From NCBI GenBank assembly GCA_030612095.1, contig JAUWOO010000001.1:1-38367 (forward strand): a DNA stretch of 38,367 nucleotides. The letters are read 5' to 3'. The DNA is from Thermoplasmatota archaeon. Lineage in GTDB: Archaea > Thermoplasmatota > E2 > DHVEG-1. The position numbers were made by a program, and so were the translations under genes. Below the pieces are notes generated by a model. It was not told the DNA's origin and ran no database searches. It was given only the letters and a program-made list of their open reading frames with translations. Below, piece by piece: positions 37,012 to 38,367 of the stretch (position 1 is the first letter of the stretch; the number at the start of each line of letters is the position of its first letter).

Positions 37012-38034
37012 ATGGCAAAAGCACGATCAAGAACAGTAGCACGGAAGATGAAAGATAAGTGGAAAGCAAAGACCTGGTATAATATTCTGGCACCACCATC
37101 ATTCGATAATGTTACTATAGCTGACACTTTGGCAGATAAACCTGCTAATTTGATAAATAGGGTGACAGAAGTTTCTCTCCAAGATTTGACGAATGATTTC
37201 AGGAAATCTCACATAAAACTTTACTTCAAAATACATAATGTGGAAGAGACAAATGCACATACACAGTTTGTTGGTCATACGCTCACATCAGATTATCTTA
37301 GAAGAATGATTAGGAGAAAAAGATCAAAAATTGATGGAGTATATGATGCTACTACGCGAGATGGTGCAACTATTAGGGTAAAACCCTTTGCCACAACTGA
37401 TAAACGTATACAAAATTCTCAGAGAAAAATAGTCCGTGAAACCATGAAAAAGACTATTCTCGATCGGGCAAAGGTTAGTACGCTGTCTGAATTTGTGAAA
37501 TGCATCATAGATGGAAAAATAGGTAGTGACATCTACAAAAATTGTAAGAAATTATATCCCGTAAAGAGGGTTGAGGTATACAAGACGCAGGTTCTTTCAC
37601 CTCCAACGATTGAAATAGAAGAAGAAAAACCTGCGATAGTGGAACAGCCTGAGGCTAAAGAAACAGAGGAAAAAGGAAAGGAAGCTCCAAAGAAGGAAGA
37701 GAAAAAATCAGAGGAGAAAACTGAACCCGTGGAAGAAATACTTAAGGAAGGAGAGAAATCGCCGGAGGAGCTTCCACAAAAAGAAGAACAGCCAGTTGAA
37801 CCAGAAGAAGAGATTAAAGAAACAGCACCAGAAGAACCGGTTGAACCAGAAGAAGAACCCAAAGAAGAAAAACCAGAAGAACTAGAAAGCCCAGTTGAAC
37901 CAGAAGAAGAGATTAAAGAAACAGCACCAGAAGAACCAGAGAAGAAACTTGAGGACGAAGACAAAGTAAAAAAACAGGATAAAAAAACTACAAAAAAGAC
38001 AACTGCAAAGAAGACCAAAAAAGCAACAGAATAG
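37012..38034 (+). CDS. rps3ae: 30S ribosomal protein S3Ae (S1e) with a long acidic/Lys-rich C-terminal extension
   Basis: The S3Ae core has RKMKDKWKAKTWYNILAP and HTLTSDYLRRMIRR motifs over residues 1 to about 195. A low-complexity E/P/K tail of about 140 aa follows, ending in KKTTKKTTAKKTKKATE. Confidence 0.85.
   Translation: MAKARSRTVARKMKDKWKAKTWYNILAPPSFDNVTIADTLADKPANLINRVTEVSLQDLTNDFRKSHIKLYFKIHNVEETNAHTQFVGHTLTSDYLRRMIRRKRSKIDGVYDATTRDGATIRVKPFATTDKRIQNSQRKIVRETMKKTILDRAKVSTLSEFVKCIIDGKIGSDIYKNCKKLYPVKRVEVYKTQVLSPPTIEIEEEKPAIVEQPEAKETEEKGKEAPKKEEKKSEEKTEPVEEILKEGEKSPEELPQKEEQPVEPEEEIKETAPEEPVEPEEEPKEEKPEELESPVEPEEEIKETAPEEPEKKLEDEDKVKKQDKKTTKKTTAKKTKKATE
37792..37937 (+). repeat. Perfect 47-bp direct repeat, 99-bp period, inside the S3Ae tail
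   Basis: ccagttgaaccagaagaagagattaaagaaacagcaccagaagaacc occurs at 37792-37838 and again at 37891-37937. Each copy encodes PVEPEEEIKETAPEEP. Confidence 0.9.
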
Positions 38035-38106
38035 ATCAACTGCTCAAACTGCCCATTTTTCAAACAATCTTTTTATATTTTTAAATTCATACTATAATGC
38101 GATTGT

Positions 38107-38367
38107 ATGAATAAATTCAAGATTATTGCTGCCATATTTGCTGCAATTCTTTTCTTTAATGTTGCTTTATCTTGTACAACTAAAGGGTGTAAGGATATAG
38201 TTGCCTGTGGCGATTCGACTGCAGGGGATTACAATCTTCTTTTGAAAGTCAGAGATCCAAGTAGGCCAGGTCTCCAGGTGTTATGTATTGTTCCAAAAGG
38301 ATATGGATATACATATCATCATCCGTGGACTGGGAAACCCATGGTTTTTGAAACAAAGCATAAATTC
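38107..38367 (+). CDS. Secreted protein, N-terminal fragment (possible Ntn-hydrolase / peptidase C69-like); runs off the window
   Basis: The reading frame stays open from the ATG at 38107 to the window end, 87 codons. The signal-like N-terminus is MNKFKIIAAIFAAILFFNVALS. It is followed by CKDIVACGDSTAGDYNLLLKVRD, which loosely resembles the Cys-nucleophile N-terminus of C69 dipeptidases. Confidence 0.35.
   Translation, partial: MNKFKIIAAIFAAILFFNVALSCTTKGCKDIVACGDSTAGDYNLLLKVRDPSRPGLQVLCIVPKGYGYTYHHPWTGKPMVFETKHKF

Noticed and set aside
37533-38063. 176-aa Ser/Gly-rich ORF on the minus strand
   Set aside because: It is the antisense shadow of the GAA/GAG/AAA-rich S3Ae tail. Its low-complexity composition mirrors the sense strand, and there is no start context.
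1-38367. CRISPR arrays, rRNA genes, or known defence systems (restriction-modification, Cas, and similar)
   Set aside because: No periodic short repeats with spacers were seen. The only exact repeat found is the coding 47-bp duplication in rps3ae. No protein shows Cas, methyltransferase/endonuclease or other defence signatures apart from the RelE TA pair.

Overview
AT-rich, densely packed archaeal chromosomal segment, euryarchaeote-like. Archaeal markers are ribosomal proteins L15e, S15 and S3Ae, KEOPS Pcc1, a RecJ/GAN-like DHH protein, Nre, a RaSEA-like radical SAM protein, TrmI, a methanogen-type SerRS and one tRNA-Arg(CCU). I call 37 protein-coding genes, one of them partial, plus 1 tRNA. 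I saw no rRNA, CRISPR array, transposase or integrase. Informational genes are interleaved with bacterial-looking metabolic modules. These are a long-form AhcY, a PaaK plus orphan ATP-grasp pair, a PPi-type PFK plus class II FBA pair, and a six-gene overlapping glycerol / glycerol-3-phosphate / FAD-oxidase operon. The least explained parts, and my best candidates for an undescribed system, are two. (1) A minus-strand trio at 18749-23527: a membrane-anchored exported protein, an 878-aa rifampin-phosphotransferase-like enzyme (ATP-grasp plus swivel-His, with no PEP/pyruvate TIM barrel) and a tightly coupled 303-aa unknown. (2) An Nre (PCNA-binding repair factor) plus SplB-like radical SAM pair at 26324-28413. 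Other oddities: a BON domain fused to a GlpA-like dehydrogenase, a PGF-CTERM protein with a polytopic N-terminus, an S3Ae with a repeat-containing acidic C-terminal extension of about 140 aa, and a small RelE toxin-antitoxin islet. All functional calls rest on motif recognition by eye in the supplied translations; no database search was run.
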